Source: Candidatus Campbellbacteria bacterium (GTDB lineage Bacteria > Patescibacteriota > Minisyncoccia > Phycocordibacterales > UBA1006). From it: a DNA stretch of 64,000 nt. Both the position numbers and the translations under genes were made by a program. The first letter of the stretch is position 1, and every line of letters starts with the position of its first letter. Positions 32,973 to 43,425 of this stretch are shown here, piece by piece. The stretch is from assembly GCA_002698305.1 (NCBI GenBank), contig NZWR01000005.1, positions 2,047-66,046 on the forward strand, read 5' to 3'. The notes below the pieces were generated by a model. It was not told the origin of the DNA and searched no databases. It worked only from the letters and a program-made list of their open reading frames with translations.

Positions 32973-33929
32973 TCCTTGAATAGCATATTCTTCAATAGCT
33001 GATGATGTTTTTGTAACAAGAACATCGGTAACTGCAGATTCAAATTCACGCGCAATATCTGCTTTTGCTTGTTGATCAAGAGTATTGTTTGTATCCATAT
33101 CTTGAATAAGATATCTTGCTGCAGTTTTTAATCCAGAAAAGGAAAAGCGATAATCTTTGGAATGAATCATGGGGCGCGGAAGATTGATACTTTCATCCTC
33201 TTTCCCTTTTTCAGCCATTTTTGAAAGTTTTGGTCCACCCGGGTACTCTAATCCCAATAGGCGTGCAACCTTATCAAAAGCTTCACCAACAGCGTCATCT
33301 ATAGTCTCACCAATTATTGTGTAGTCACCCCAGTCATTGACAAGTACTAATTGGGTGTGACCTCCTGAAACAAGGAGGGAGAGCATTGGGAACTGAATAT
33401 TAGGTGCAGGTGCAATATCAGAACCTCTATCTGCGGCATGAGGAATAATAATTGATGTGATGTGACCTTCCATGTGGTTCACCGGAACAATGCCTGCACC
33501 AGTAATAATAGACAAAGCTCGCGCAAAATTTACCCCAACCCATAATGCTGGCGCAAGACCGGGCCCGTGAGTTACAAAAATAAGATCAATGACTGGTACT
33601 CCATTTGTCTTAATAAAATTAGCTATATGCTCAAAAAGTTCAGGTTCTCTATCTAGAATTTCTTCTACCTGAGAATATTTATGCTCAGGTATATCTTTGT
33701 CGTTGTAATTAATAGCTGCTTCTTGTATTGCGGCCTCAAGAAGTGGAACAAGATTTTTCGCATGTTCACGCTTTGCAAGAGCAGGGAAGACACCACCATG
33801 TTCTTTGTGAATATCAATTTGTGAAATTAAAACATTTGAGAGAATGGTAAAAGAACGAGACTCTTGTTCAAAAGAGATAATGCTCAGAGCTGTTTCATCG
33901 CAGCTGGTTTCAATGGCGAGTGCAATCAT
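32757..33929 (-). CDS. tsaD: tRNA N6-adenosine threonylcarbamoyltransferase TsaD
   Basis: IETSCDETA, HMEGH, GGVSAN motifs; start moved from TTG 33944 to ATG 33929 (MIALAIE). Confidence 0.85.
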   Translation of the reverse strand: MIALAIETSCDETALSIISFEQESRSFTILSNVLISQIDIHKEHGGVFPALAKREHAKNLVPLLEAAIQEAAINYNDKDIPEHKYSQVEEILDREPELFEHIANFIKTNGVPVIDLIFVTHGPGLAPALWVGVNFARALSIITGAGIVPVNHMEGHITSIIIPHAADRGSDIAPAPNIQFPMLSLLVSGGHTQLVLVNDWGDYTIIGETIDDAVGEAFDKVARLLGLEYPGGPKLSKMAEKGKEDESINLPRPMIHSKDYRFSFSGLKTAARYLIQDMDTNNTLDQQAKADIAREFESAVTDVLVTKTSSAIEEYAIQGLIIAGGVSANTSIRKAFKNVCSDYDIPLFIPDLSLCGDNSLMIASAGFLHYQKNKTTTPKSEVAAIANLKL

Positions 33930-34018
33930 GTCTTTATCGTACAAAAATCAACCTAAGAATCAATATCCAAGCAGTAAATACTTGTAATTATAATAAAAAA
34001 TGCTTTAATATAGATATT

Positions 34019-35125
34019 ATGAAACTTTCAAAAATAACAACACTGGTATTACTTTTTGTTGTAGGAATCTTTGCATTACCTGCGCTTACCAATGCACAAA
34101 GCTACCAATATGATTATTACGGAGCTCCGTACAATTATAACTACCAATATCAATTTCCATACACCCAATCTCAACCTGGTTTTGGGAATGATTTCTTGAT
34201 TGTGTCTGAACCTGAGCCAGATTACAACGCACTTATTAATCAGTTGCAGGTATTAATTGCTCAGCTGATTGAACGACAACCACAGTATTACTCACAATAT
34301 AGTCAGTATCTAACATATCCATACCCTGAATATGATTTTTATGACTATGACTACGGTGATCCTTATAATAATAATCGTAGACCTGATGTAGATACTATGT
34401 CAGCCCGAGATGTAGAGGATGATGAGGCTGAATTACGTGGAGAAGTTGATATGAATGATTTCCGCAATGGAATTGTATTCTTTGTATATGGTCAAGACGA
34501 AGACATGATTGAAGATGTCGAAGATGATTATGATGAATATGATGAGGTTGAGGATGATGAAGAAAATGATGATTTTGAAGTAGTTCGTGTTGACAGCAAT
34601 CTCGACGGACAGGAAGACTACGAAGAGGAAGTTGATGGTCTTGAAGAAGATGAAGATTACTATTTTGTGTTGTGTGTAGAATACGATGACGAAGATAATG
34701 ATGAAACGCTGGAGTGTGGAGATGTAGAAGATTTTGAAACTGACGATGATAATTCAAATGATGATGAGCCAGAAGTAGAAACATTGTCAGCTCAAAACGT
34801 TACTGATGATTCAGCACGTCTTCGCGGAGACGTTGATATGAATGACTTTGAAGACGGGCTTGTATTCTTCCTGTATGGAGAAGATGAGGATGATGTTGAA
34901 GATGCTACTGATGAAGATGAATATGACGATATTGATGAGCAAGGCGACGATCTTCAAAAGGTTATTGAGGAAAATAACTTTGATGGGTCAGATGATTTTG
35001 AATTAAATGTATTCGGATTAGACGATAATCAGGAGTACTATTTTGCTATCTGTGTTGAGTATGAGGATGACGATAATGATGAAACGCTTGAGTGTGGAGA
35101 TGTTGAAGAATTTGAAACAGACTAA
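34019..35125 (+). CDS. secreted hyper-acidic protein with two ~115-aa internal repeats
   Basis: Start at ATG 34019 (signal peptide MKLSKITTLVLLFVVGIFALPALTNAQ); repeats 34397..34750 and 34784..35122 share LRG.VDMNDF..G.VFF.YG.DED ... YYF..CVEY.D.DNDETLECGDVE.FETD. Confidence 0.7.
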   Translation: MKLSKITTLVLLFVVGIFALPALTNAQSYQYDYYGAPYNYNYQYQFPYTQSQPGFGNDFLIVSEPEPDYNALINQLQVLIAQLIERQPQYYSQYSQYLTYPYPEYDFYDYDYGDPYNNNRRPDVDTMSARDVEDDEAELRGEVDMNDFRNGIVFFVYGQDEDMIEDVEDDYDEYDEVEDDEENDDFEVVRVDSNLDGQEDYEEEVDGLEEDEDYYFVLCVEYDDEDNDETLECGDVEDFETDDDNSNDDEPEVETLSAQNVTDDSARLRGDVDMNDFEDGLVFFLYGEDEDDVEDATDEDEYDDIDEQGDDLQKVIEENNFDGSDDFELNVFGLDDNQEYYFAICVEYEDDDNDETLECGDVEEFETD

Positions 35126-35127
35126 AT

Positions 35128-35150
35128 AAAAAGCCCAAGCGGGCTTTTTA
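35128..35150 (+). terminator. rho-independent terminator
   Basis: AAAAGCCC aagc GGGCTTTTT. Confidence 0.75.
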
Positions 35151-35169
35151 TTGTTACTATAGAAGAGGT

Positions 35170-35424
35170 ATGTACTATACGTATATTTTGAAATGTAATG
35201 ATGGCACCTTGTACACAGGAATAACGACTGAAATAGAACGCCGAGTAAAAGAACATAATGGCGAATTTTCAGGTGGTGCAAAATATACCAGGGCACGCAA
35301 ACCTGTCGTAGTAGTATATTATAAAGAGTTCCCATCACGAGCTGAAGCTTCAAAAGAAGAATATAGAATTAAACAACTCACCAAAAAAGAGAAGCAAAAG
35401 CTTATTAGTGCTAAAACTTGTTAA
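35170..35424 (+). CDS. GIY-YIG nuclease family protein
   Basis: YYTYILKCNDGTLYTGITTEIERRVKEHN. Confidence 0.8.
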   Translation: MYYTYILKCNDGTLYTGITTEIERRVKEHNGEFSGGAKYTRARKPVVVVYYKEFPSRAEASKEEYRIKQLTKKEKQKLISAKTC

Positions 35425-35477
35425 GCATCTCGCTATTTGCGATAATAAGCTTATTACTAAAGATTATTATAATACCT

Positions 35478-36698
35478 ATGAATGTTATGAGAAAAAAACA
35501 CTATATCGGAGGAATATTTGCAATTATTTTTTCGCTAGGATTATTTGCATTTCAGGCTGATGCGGCAACATGTTCCTTTAGTCGAACCCTGAAAATTGGC
35601 ACTGAGGGAGAAGATGTCCGATGTTTACAAGAATATCTTAATACTACTGAGTTTAAGGTTTCAATAACTGGGGCCGGTTCACCAGGAAGTGAAACAGATG
35701 AATTTAGAGCAAAAACAGAAGCTGCTGTGATGAAATGGCAGGATGCTAATGGATTACTTCCTGATGGATACTTTGGGCCAAGTTCACAGGCTAAATACAC
35801 GACACTAAGCTCTGGAACGCAAACTGAAGTAACCACAACGACTTCGATTGAAACAAATGATCCAAACCAATCTATTATTCAAAGTATTCTTGATCAAATC
35901 GAAGAATTAAAAGAGGTACAAGTATCAGCTTCAACCTCAACAAGTCAAGATGCTCAAGATGCCCAGGCAGCAATGCAAATAGCTTTGGATGATTTAGAAG
36001 AAGTTGATGAGCTTATTGACGAAGCTGATGACAATGGTAAAAATACCAATGACGCAGAAGAAGCGTATATTGAAGCAATGGAAAATATGCTTGAGGCAAT
36101 GCGATATTACTTTGCAGAGCGATATGATAAAGCTATTTTTGAAGCAGAGGATGCACAAGATGAAGCAGAGGATGCCTTTGAAGAAACAGGGGGAGACGAT
36201 AGAGAAGAAACACGTGAAGCTCTTGAAGAACTAGAAGATGATCTAGAAGATGCTGAGGAAGAAATTGAAGATGCTGATGATGATGGTATTGATACTGATG
36301 ATGCAGAAGATTTCTTTGAAAAAGCAGAAGATGCTTTCGACGACGCAGAAGATGCTTATGATGATGGAGATTATGATCTAGCTATGGATCTGATTGATGA
36401 TACCGAGGATTATCTTGATGATGCACTAGATGAACTTGACGAAGGAAATGAAAAAGAGGATGCCGAGGATGAAATTGATGACGCAAAAGACGAGATTGAT
36501 GATGCCGAGGATGAAATTGACGAAGCTGATGATGAAGGATCGGATGTAGATGAAGCGGAAGACCTTTTAGATGATGCAGAGGATCTCCTTGAAGAAGCTG
36601 AAGAAGAATTTGAAGATGGTGATTATGATGACGCTTATGAACTAGCCAAAGAAGCTATTGAAAAAGCAAAAGATGCTGTTGATGCGATTGATGACTAG
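35478..36698 (+). CDS. secreted peptidoglycan-binding domain protein with long D/E/A-rich helical tail
   Basis: Signal/TM; PG_binding_1-like LKIGTEGEDVRCLQEYLN...WQDANGLLPDGYFGPSSQAKY; C-terminal ~270 aa of DDAEDxxDDA-type low complexity; start could be the second ATG at 35487. Confidence 0.7.
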   Translation: MNVMRKKHYIGGIFAIIFSLGLFAFQADAATCSFSRTLKIGTEGEDVRCLQEYLNTTEFKVSITGAGSPGSETDEFRAKTEAAVMKWQDANGLLPDGYFGPSSQAKYTTLSSGTQTEVTTTTSIETNDPNQSIIQSILDQIEELKEVQVSASTSTSQDAQDAQAAMQIALDDLEEVDELIDEADDNGKNTNDAEEAYIEAMENMLEAMRYYFAERYDKAIFEAEDAQDEAEDAFEETGGDDREETREALEELEDDLEDAEEEIEDADDDGIDTDDAEDFFEKAEDAFDDAEDAYDDGDYDLAMDLIDDTEDYLDDALDELDEGNEKEDAEDEIDDAKDEIDDAEDEIDEADDEGSDVDEAEDLLDDAEDLLEEAEEEFEDGDYDDAYELAKEAIEKAKDAVDAIDD

Positions 36699-36717
36699 TT
36701 AAAATTAATCTAAAAAG

Positions 36718-36746
36718 AAAGACCGTTATAAAAACGGTCTTTTTCT
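36718..36746. terminator. bidirectional terminator between convergent genes
   Basis: AAAGACCGTT ataaa AACGGTCTTT. Confidence 0.75.
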
Positions 36747-36765
36747 CTTTGTTTGTGCTTGTTTG

Positions 36766-36999
36766 CTATTCTTTTCCCTCATTTTCAAGAAATTCCTTCA
36801 GATCTGCCCAATTTAATTGAATTAAATAGCAGCCACCTAAAATAAAAATAATTGAGATAACTAATGTTTGCCAAAAGCTTGGGCTAAAGATATTTGCACT
36901 TAGACATACACCTATAGCCATGAATAGTAATCCAAATCCAGCACCTATAAGATAACTAATTTTTTTAATAGCAGACAAAACTAAAAGTAAATATTTCAT
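36766..36999 (-). CDS. small two-TM membrane protein
   Basis: 77 aa, two hydrophobic helices. Confidence 0.45.
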   Translation of the reverse strand: MKYLLLVLSAIKKISYLIGAGFGLLFMAIGVCLSANIFSPSFWQTLVISIIFILGGCYLIQLNWADLKEFLENEGKE

Positions 37000-37066
37000 A
37001 ATAAAAAGTTTTTATAACTATATACTAAATAATTGATTTTGTCAAAATTTATTATCACAATTATTT

Positions 37067-37075
37067 TGGTACACT
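37067..37075 (+). promoter_or_regulatory. extended -10 TGgTACACT, leaderless spacing
   Basis: 7 nt to pheS ATG 37083. Confidence 0.55.
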
Positions 37076-37082
37076 CATAGGT

Positions 37083-37817
37083 ATGAAAACTACTGGAAAA
37101 TTACACCCGCTTACTCAGACACGCAGAGATATCATACAGATTTTTACTGATATGGGTTTTTCAGTTGCCGATGGTCCACATATTGAAGATGAGTGGCATA
37201 ATTTTGACGCATTAAATGTTCCTAAAAATCATCCTGCACGAGATATGCAAGATACTTTTTTTGTACACGGCAAAGAAAAAAAAGTTCTCCGAACTCATAC
37301 TTCATCCGTGCAAATTAGATACATGGAAAACCATGTTAAAGAAAATAAGCCATTCCCTATTCAAATTATTGCGCCAGGAAAAGTTTTTAGACAGGAGGCA
37401 ACTGATAAAACTCACGAAGCGCAATTCTACCAAGTAGAGGGGCTTGTTGTTGGGGAGGGGATTAGTCTTGGACATCTAAAAGGAGTGCTCGAGGATTTTT
37501 TAAAGGCTTTTTATAAAAAAGACATTCCCTTCAGGTTTCGCCCTGGATATTTCCCCTTTGTTGAGCCGGGAGTCGAAGTTGATTTAGAATTTAATGGGTC
37601 GTGGCTTGAGGTGCTTGGGGCAGGTATGGTGCACCCTAATGTTCTTGAGAATGTCGGTATTGATTCGACAAAATATACTGGATTTGCTTTTGGTGTTGGT
37701 ATCGATCGATTAACCATGATGAAGTACGGTATTGATGATATTCGACTACTCTACAGAGGTGATTTAAAAATCCATGATGCAATTTACTCGGACACAAAAG
37801 AACAAGAAGAATTATGA
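37083..37817 (+). CDS. pheS: phenylalanine--tRNA ligase alpha subunit (catalytic core only, 244 aa)
   Basis: [25 protein letters not shown], class II motif 3 [13 protein letters not shown]; lacks the N-terminal coiled-coil extension. Confidence 0.9.
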   Translation: MKTTGKLHPLTQTRRDIIQIFTDMGFSVADGPHIEDEWHNFDALNVPKNHPARDMQDTFFVHGKEKKVLRTHTSSVQIRYMENHVKENKPFPIQIIAPGKVFRQEATDKTHEAQFYQVEGLVVGEGISLGHLKGVLEDFLKAFYKKDIPFRFRPGYFPFVEPGVEVDLEFNGSWLEVLGAGMVHPNVLENVGIDSTKYTGFAFGVGIDRLTMMKYGIDDIRLLYRGDLKIHDAIYSDTKEQEEL

Positions 37818-39724
37818 TTATTTCACGAAATTGGTTACAAACATATTTTGACGCAGCGCTTCCAGATGCACAAAAAATTGCTGATGATTTACTATCACAT
37901 TCTTTTGAGATTGAAGGAGTTATTGAAAAAGAGGCTGATGCAGTGATTGACATTGATGTCTTGCCAAACAGGGCACACGATTGTCTGTGTCACAGAGGTA
38001 TCGCCCAAGAATATGCAGCTATCAATAAGCTTGGGTTAATTACTGATCGCTATCATTACCATGAAAATTTTACCCAAGAGAGTGACATGGTGCATACTGA
38101 TATTCAATCACCAGATCAGTGTTTCCGATATACGGCACGCAAAATTAGTTATATCACGGTAGGGAAAAGCCCGGCATGGTTGACTCAGCGACTAGAAGTC
38201 CTTGGTGAACGCTCAATTAATAATATTGTTGATGCGACAAACTACGTTATGTTTGATATAGGAAATCCTCTTCATGCCTTTGACGCTGATAAGGTGGTAG
38301 GGACCATCACGGTAAGAAATGCACAACAGGGTGAAGTATTTCATGCGCTTGGGGGAGAGGAATATGAACTTGAAAGCTCAGATTTAGTTATTGCCGATGA
38401 AGAGGGAATCCTTGCCTTAGCAGGAATAAAAGGAGGAACAAAAGCGGAAGTTAATGAGACGACAAAATCTATCATCATTGAATCAGCTAATTTTAACCCA
38501 GTTACTACTCGGGCAACAGCACGTAGACTTAAGCTTTTTACTCATGCAAGTAAACGTTACGAAAATGGCATAACTTCTGAGATTACACCTATTGCTTTGG
38601 AATCAGCATCACGCCTTATATCTGATTGTGCTCATGCTGACGACATTACACTCCACGCTGTTTCAGACATCTATCCAAATCCTGAACGACAGTGTTCTGT
38701 TGAGGTAGCTCATACCCATATAGAAAAAGTACTTGGTATTTCGCTTACAAAAAATGAAGTAGAAGACATTTTGGAGCGACTTGAGATGAATGTTCATGAA
38801 GCTGATGGGGTGTACACCATTAATATTCCTTTCCTACGACAGGACATACGTATTGCAGAAGACATTATAGAAGAACTGGGACGAATGTACGGATATGAAA
38901 ATATACCTGTTCAAAAATTGGAAGATCACGCTCATCAATCAGTTAATCCCGAGGTCTACGTGGAACACCGCATTATTAATTTTTTAATTAAACGAGGATT
39001 TTCAGAACTTGAAAATTATAGCTTTGTAAAAAAAGGAGATCAATCCGTTATTAATCCTATTGCAAGTGATAAGTCAGCGCTAAGAAAAAATCTTACCAAA
39101 GAGATGCAAGCAGCCCTTGCATTAAATACAAAACAGGCAGATTTTTTAAATATTAATACGCTTAAGGTCTTTGAAATTGGAACCGTCTATTTAAAAGATA
39201 GCGAGCAACAAGTGTGTACGATAGCTATTGAACCATTAACCAAGTCAGCACGAAAAAGAGACGGAACATCACAAGATCAATTAGAGTCCCTACTTACCGA
39301 GATGAAAGAGTCTCTTGATATTTCTATTGAGCCGGAGTTTGAGCAAAACATGATAAGTTTTGTGCTTCCTAATATTAATACTATTGATGCTCACGCCTTT
39401 ACAGAGCTGTTCAAGGTACGATCATATGATGATACTGATAGCTACCACTCACTGTCAGTCTATCCGTATAGTAAACGAGACATCTCGCTGTGGGCCCCTG
39501 AAGAGTATGCTGAACAGCAAATCAAACATATTATACAGAGTGCCGCAGGACATATTCTGAAAAAAATATATCTTTTTGATACCTTTACGAAAGAAGGAAG
39601 AACTTCATACGCGTATAATCTTATCTTCCAACTCGACGATGATACTCTAACTGACCAGCAGATTGAAAATGTTATGAATGCTATCACTAAAACTCTTGAG
39701 AAAGAAGGAGCTGAGATACGATAA
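37814..39724 (+). CDS. pheT: phenylalanine--tRNA ligase beta subunit (636 aa, no OB tRNA-binding insertion)
   Basis: B1 start [13 protein letters not shown]3/4 [23 protein letters not shown]5 and C-terminal ferredoxin-like domain; 4-nt overlap with pheS. Confidence 0.9.
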   Translation: MIISRNWLQTYFDAALPDAQKIADDLLSHSFEIEGVIEKEADAVIDIDVLPNRAHDCLCHRGIAQEYAAINKLGLITDRYHYHENFTQESDMVHTDIQSPDQCFRYTARKISYITVGKSPAWLTQRLEVLGERSINNIVDATNYVMFDIGNPLHAFDADKVVGTITVRNAQQGEVFHALGGEEYELESSDLVIADEEGILALAGIKGGTKAEVNETTKSIIIESANFNPVTTRATARRLKLFTHASKRYENGITSEITPIALESASRLISDCAHADDITLHAVSDIYPNPERQCSVEVAHTHIEKVLGISLTKNEVEDILERLEMNVHEADGVYTINIPFLRQDIRIAEDIIEELGRMYGYENIPVQKLEDHAHQSVNPEVYVEHRIINFLIKRGFSELENYSFVKKGDQSVINPIASDKSALRKNLTKEMQAALALNTKQADFLNINTLKVFEIGTVYLKDSEQQVCTIAIEPLTKSARKRDGTSQDQLESLLTEMKESLDISIEPEFEQNMISFVLPNINTIDAHAFTELFKVRSYDDTDSYHSLSVYPYSKRDISLWAPEEYAEQQIKHIIQSAAGHILKKIYLFDTFTKEGRTSYAYNLIFQLDDDTLTDQQIENVMNAITKTLEKEGAEIR

Positions 39725-39750
39725 AAGCCGAACATGATATGCTCGGCTTT
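39724..39750. terminator. bidirectional terminator between pheT and rplY
   Basis: AAAGCCGAACAT gat ATGCTCGGCTTT. Confidence 0.75.
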
Positions 39751-39767
39751 TATTATGATAAAAACGC

Positions 39768-40433
39768 TTATTCAGCGTCTTTTTCTTGTGAATCTCCTTC
39801 TGATCCTTCTTCTTCACCTTTACCTTTTTGGTCAACCAATTCTGGTTCCATAGCGATATCAGTCATTTCTTCATCTTCTGGTTCCTCTTCATCAAATTCA
39901 GTGATACTCACGATGGTTGTTGTATCTTCATCAAGAATTGTTACGTCATCTCCAAGATTAAGATCAGAAATTTTAATGGCATCTCCAAGATTTTCTAGTC
40001 CTGAAATATCAACTTCGATTGATTCTGGAATTTTACTTGGAATTGTTTCAAGAACAATTTCTTTATGACTAAAGTTAAGAAGTCCGATGCGATTTTCTTT
40101 TGCTGGTGATGTACCTACAAGCTCAATAGACACCGTAACCTCAGTTGTTTCCCCTTTAGTAAGGATCTTAAAATCAACATGCTGAAGTTCACCGGTTACT
40201 ACATGAGCTTGCATATCTTGAACAAGACATTGTTCGTCGACATCTCCCGTGATTTGAATAACTCCTGAAGTACCTGCTTCACGGTATACTTTTCGAAACT
40301 CTACATCATCAATAATAACTGGAGTACTTTCAAAGTGAGGGCCGTAACATACAGCTGGAACTTTTCCTTCTGCTTTTAGTGCTGCGTTTGATTGTTTTGA
40401 CGCATCACGTTTTTTCATTTCTAGTTGTAACAT
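39768..40433 (-). CDS. rplY: 50S ribosomal protein L25/Ctc with acidic C-terminal tail
   Basis: ALKAEGKVPAVCYG and the two Ctc domains; start moved to ATG 40433 (MLQLEMKKR) downstream of a TATAAT box. Confidence 0.8.
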   Translation of the reverse strand: MLQLEMKKRDASKQSNAALKAEGKVPAVCYGPHFESTPVIIDDVEFRKVYREAGTSGVIQITGDVDEQCLVQDMQAHVVTGELQHVDFKILTKGETTEVTVSIELVGTSPAKENRIGLLNFSHKEIVLETIPSKIPESIEVDISGLENLGDAIKISDLNLGDDVTILDEDTTTIVSITEFDEEEPEDEEMTDIAMEPELVDQKGKGEEEGSEGDSQEKDAE

Positions 40434-40496
40434 AATACCAATGATTATAGTCATGCTTCCTCTTTATGCAAGTATGTATGCGTGTTTTTCGTGCTT

Positions 40497-40505
40497 TGAT
40501 ATACT
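40497..40505 (+). promoter_or_regulatory. extended -10 TGaTATACT, leaderless spacing
   Basis: 6 nt to ATG 40512. Confidence 0.55.
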
Positions 40506-40511
40506 AGAACC

Positions 40512-41882
40512 ATGAAAAAAATTATTTACATACTCAGTGGTGTCCTTGTGGTCGCTGGATTTGCTTACTTTGCGGACACAGGAAATGCGCAATTTGACAT
40601 AAGTCAGTGTAATCAAAGGGAAAAAGAGGCTGATTGCCGTAGGCGCCTTAACCAATTATCGACCGAAATTAATTTTCTTAATTCAGGTATTGAAATAGAA
40701 GATCAAACCCAAGCAACTATTGGTTCTGAAATTCAAAAACTTTCAGGTGAAATTAATCAAAAATCTAATGAAATCAAACAAAAGAATTCACTGATTTCAA
40801 ATATTAGAAATGATATTACCTCAAAAGAGAAAAGCCTTGAAGATTTGAATGCGAAACTCAAGCGAGAAAAAGATTCATTAAAAAAAATATTACGTAAGAG
40901 AAATGAAGTTGATAAGGAAACTCTTTTAGAGCTTATTATTTCAAACGAAACAATCTCTGATTTTTATCGTGACGAACCATCATTTTCCTTTATTCAACAG
41001 TCACTATCTGACTCTTTTGATATTATTGATCAATTAAAAGTTCAAATCTATGGCCAAAAATCTGCACTTGAAGAACGGCAAGAAGCAGAAGATAGAGCTA
41101 AATATGAACTGCAAGTTGCTCAAAAGGAGATTGAAGTAAAAAAACAAGAACGTGATCAAGCACTAGAATTCAGTGAACAAAAAGAAGCAACTCTTGCTGA
41201 GTTTAAAGCAGCTCGTGAAAAAGAAGCAGCAGCGATTAGAAATAAACTCTTTGAACTGCGAGACCTTGCTGGGGGCGGAATTGCTTTTGGTGATGCCTAT
41301 AAGTATGCTGCTGAAGCAGCAGGAAAAACAGGAGTCAGACCTGCCTTTATTCTTGCGATTCTTGAGCAAGAATCGAATCTTGGTAAAAACGTTGGAACCT
41401 GTAACAGAAATACAAATGAGCCAATATGGTCAGAGATTATGCCAGGACCAACATCAGGGTCATGGCGAGATGACCAAACTATCTATAAAGGACTGATGGA
41501 GAAGCTTGGGCGACCATTAGTTGGAACGCCATTGTCGTGCCCAATTAAGATAAATGGCTCCTATTCAGGATGGGGAGGTGCAATGGGACCATCACAGTTT
41601 ATTCCTGCAACTTGGCAAAGTTATGAAAATAGAATTGCAAATGCTGTAGGGACATCGCTAGCAGATCCTTGGAACGCGAGACACGCTATTCATGCAACAG
41701 CACTATATGTAGCTGATCTTGGTGCAGGGGCGCAGACGTATACAGCTGAACGTGAAGCTGCATGTAAATATTACTCAGGACGAGGGTGTTCTGACCCGTC
41801 AGTGCGTAACGCATTCTATGGTAACGGGGTAATGGATAGAACGGTCCGTATTCAATCAAACATTGATTTGATTACAGAATAA
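40512..41882 (+). CDS. coiled-coil protein with C-terminal lytic transglycosylase (MltB/SLT_2-like) domain
   Basis: Signal/TM, ~230-aa coiled coil, catalytic RPAFILAILEQESNLG and GAMGPSQFIPATW. Confidence 0.75.
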   Translation: MKKIIYILSGVLVVAGFAYFADTGNAQFDISQCNQREKEADCRRRLNQLSTEINFLNSGIEIEDQTQATIGSEIQKLSGEINQKSNEIKQKNSLISNIRNDITSKEKSLEDLNAKLKREKDSLKKILRKRNEVDKETLLELIISNETISDFYRDEPSFSFIQQSLSDSFDIIDQLKVQIYGQKSALEERQEAEDRAKYELQVAQKEIEVKKQERDQALEFSEQKEATLAEFKAAREKEAAAIRNKLFELRDLAGGGIAFGDAYKYAAEAAGKTGVRPAFILAILEQESNLGKNVGTCNRNTNEPIWSEIMPGPTSGSWRDDQTIYKGLMEKLGRPLVGTPLSCPIKINGSYSGWGGAMGPSQFIPATWQSYENRIANAVGTSLADPWNARHAIHATALYVADLGAGAQTYTAEREAACKYYSGRGCSDPSVRNAFYGNGVMDRTVRIQSNIDLITE

Positions 41883-42014
41883 ATATTTTTTTAATAGTTG
41901 TTGTTACAAGGTCCTTATATAGATATTTTAAACGTTTTAACTAATTTTTTGATACTTTAAGGAGCTCAATAAACTCTTGTAATTATAGTCCGATATGATA
42001 GTATCGTTAACATT

Positions 42015-42269
42015 ATGAAAAAAGACATTCATCCACAAGATTATAGAAAAGTTATCTTTCATGATAACGCAAGCGGTGAACGATTTCTTATCTCCTCAAC
42101 GATTAACTCTGAGGAAACAGCACAATGGGAAGACGGTAACGAATACCCACTTGTAAAAGTAGAAATTTCTTCAGCATCGCATCCATTCTACACTGGGACA
42201 GAAAAACGTTTGGATACAGCAGGACGTGCAGAAAAATTCCGAAAACGAATGGAAGCAGCAAAAAAATAA
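42015..42269 (+). CDS. rpmE: 50S ribosomal protein L31 (type B, no CxxC)
   Basis: [15 protein letters not shown] ... HPFYTG. Confidence 0.85.
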   Translation: MKKDIHPQDYRKVIFHDNASGERFLISSTINSEETAQWEDGNEYPLVKVEISSASHPFYTGTEKRLDTAGRAEKFRKRMEAAKK

Positions 42270-42352
42270 CACGCTTGTGTTATTTTTTATTTATTGTTAT
42301 TTATTATCAAATTTTTGTCATAGCTGATAAATTTGGTATACTTTATAACAAT

Positions 42353-42682
42353 ATGGGGGATAATATTACAAAGAGTAAAGGCTCAGAGCATCATTTTACC
42401 GACAGAGAAAAAGAAGAGGCGCTAGAAGCATATCGTGAACTTGTCGTGAGTGAAGTACAACGAATGTATGAATTTTATGATAAATATCTGGAACAGGTAA
42501 AGCATAAAAATTTTAAAAGTGATAAATATGATTTTGAACTCCATAATCAATTTTCATTTGATGTGGAACAATGCAAAAGACGCATGCTGCATGCGGCTGA
42601 GTCAGTACGCAAGAACTATAATGCTCATATCGAAGTCCCGAATTTTGATGTTCTTTTAGAAAACTACCAAAACAACAAATAG
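42353..42682 (+). CDS. hypothetical protein
   Basis: Start moved to ATG 42353 (MGDNITKS); helical, charged; TGgTATACT box upstream. Confidence 0.45.
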   Translation: MGDNITKSKGSEHHFTDREKEEALEAYRELVVSEVQRMYEFYDKYLEQVKHKNFKSDKYDFELHNQFSFDVEQCKRRMLHAAESVRKNYNAHIEVPNFDVLLENYQNNK

Positions 42683-42765
42683 CTTCTATAAAAAACCGTA
42701 ATGGTTTTTTGTTTTGGTAATATATTTATTTATGTTTTAATTAAGAAAAGAAACATATTATAAAA

Positions 42766-43359
42766 ATGAAAAATTGTATATCTGCCTGTATCCTAATAAT
42801 GATGAGCTACACTTCCTTTTCTCAAAATGATTCACTGAGTGCTCAATATCGTGCACTTTTAAAGGCTGAAAAGGTTATGTACATAGAAGGTGAGCGAAGA
42901 ATTAGCGAGCTTGATTTTCGCATTAAAAGCTTTCTAGGTGACTACTCATATGCTGTCGTACATAAGATACCTAGTACTGTGTGCGCCAAAAGAGAAGGTT
43001 GTAGTTTCTGTCAATCGGTTGAGAGTTCTCTTTTTCTATTGAGAAAAATATCAGATCAGCCAAAAACATACGCATTAATTTACCATCCAGAAGGAGAGGA
43101 AAAAGATGTTATGATTTCGGTTGAAATCCAGAAGCGTGAGCCCTATGTTTGGTATTCACGTATTCAATACTTTTATCGATCACCTCAAGTGGGGCTTGTT
43201 CCAGATTTTCAAAAAATGAACAATTCTGAAAAAGGCTCACAAGGTTTACTAGATTACACCCAAATATATACACAAATGAGATTTGATTGGGTATATGATG
43301 TATTTGATTCGTACTTAAAGAAATCATACAACACTGATTATATGGTCACTAAAATGTAA
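42766..43359 (+). CDS. hypothetical secreted protein
   Basis: 197 aa, signal peptide MKNCISACILIMMSYTSFSQ; strong terminator follows. Confidence 0.5.
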   Translation: MKNCISACILIMMSYTSFSQNDSLSAQYRALLKAEKVMYIEGERRISELDFRIKSFLGDYSYAVVHKIPSTVCAKREGCSFCQSVESSLFLLRKISDQPKTYALIYHPEGEEKDVMISVEIQKREPYVWYSRIQYFYRSPQVGLVPDFQKMNNSEKGSQGLLDYTQIYTQMRFDWVYDVFDSYLKKSYNTDYMVTKM

Positions 43360-43361
43360 AC

Positions 43362-43395
43362 AATGCCGCAAGTAATACTTGCGGCATTTATTTTT
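43362..43395 (+). terminator. rho-independent terminator
   Basis: AATGCCGCAAGT aat ACTTGCGGCATT plus T-run. Confidence 0.85.
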
Positions 43396-43409
43396 CACTA
43401 GTAGTGATG

Positions 43410-43418
43410 TGGTATACT
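43410..43418 (+). promoter_or_regulatory. extended -10 TGgTATACT, leaderless spacing
   Basis: 7 nt to ATG 43426. Confidence 0.55.
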
Positions 43419-43425
43419 TTTGAGT

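Noticed and set aside
34395-35353. Antisense His/Leu-rich ORFs (34395..34784, 35018..35353) and the 36004..36234 same-strand frame in the acidic-protein genes
   Set aside because: They are frame artefacts of GAT/GAA-rich repeats. The sense frames carry signal peptides and recognisable domains.
39739-40068. 109-aa Ser-rich plus-strand ORF antisense to rplY
   Set aside because: It is the mirror image of the acidic tail codons of L25 and starts inside the pheT terminator.
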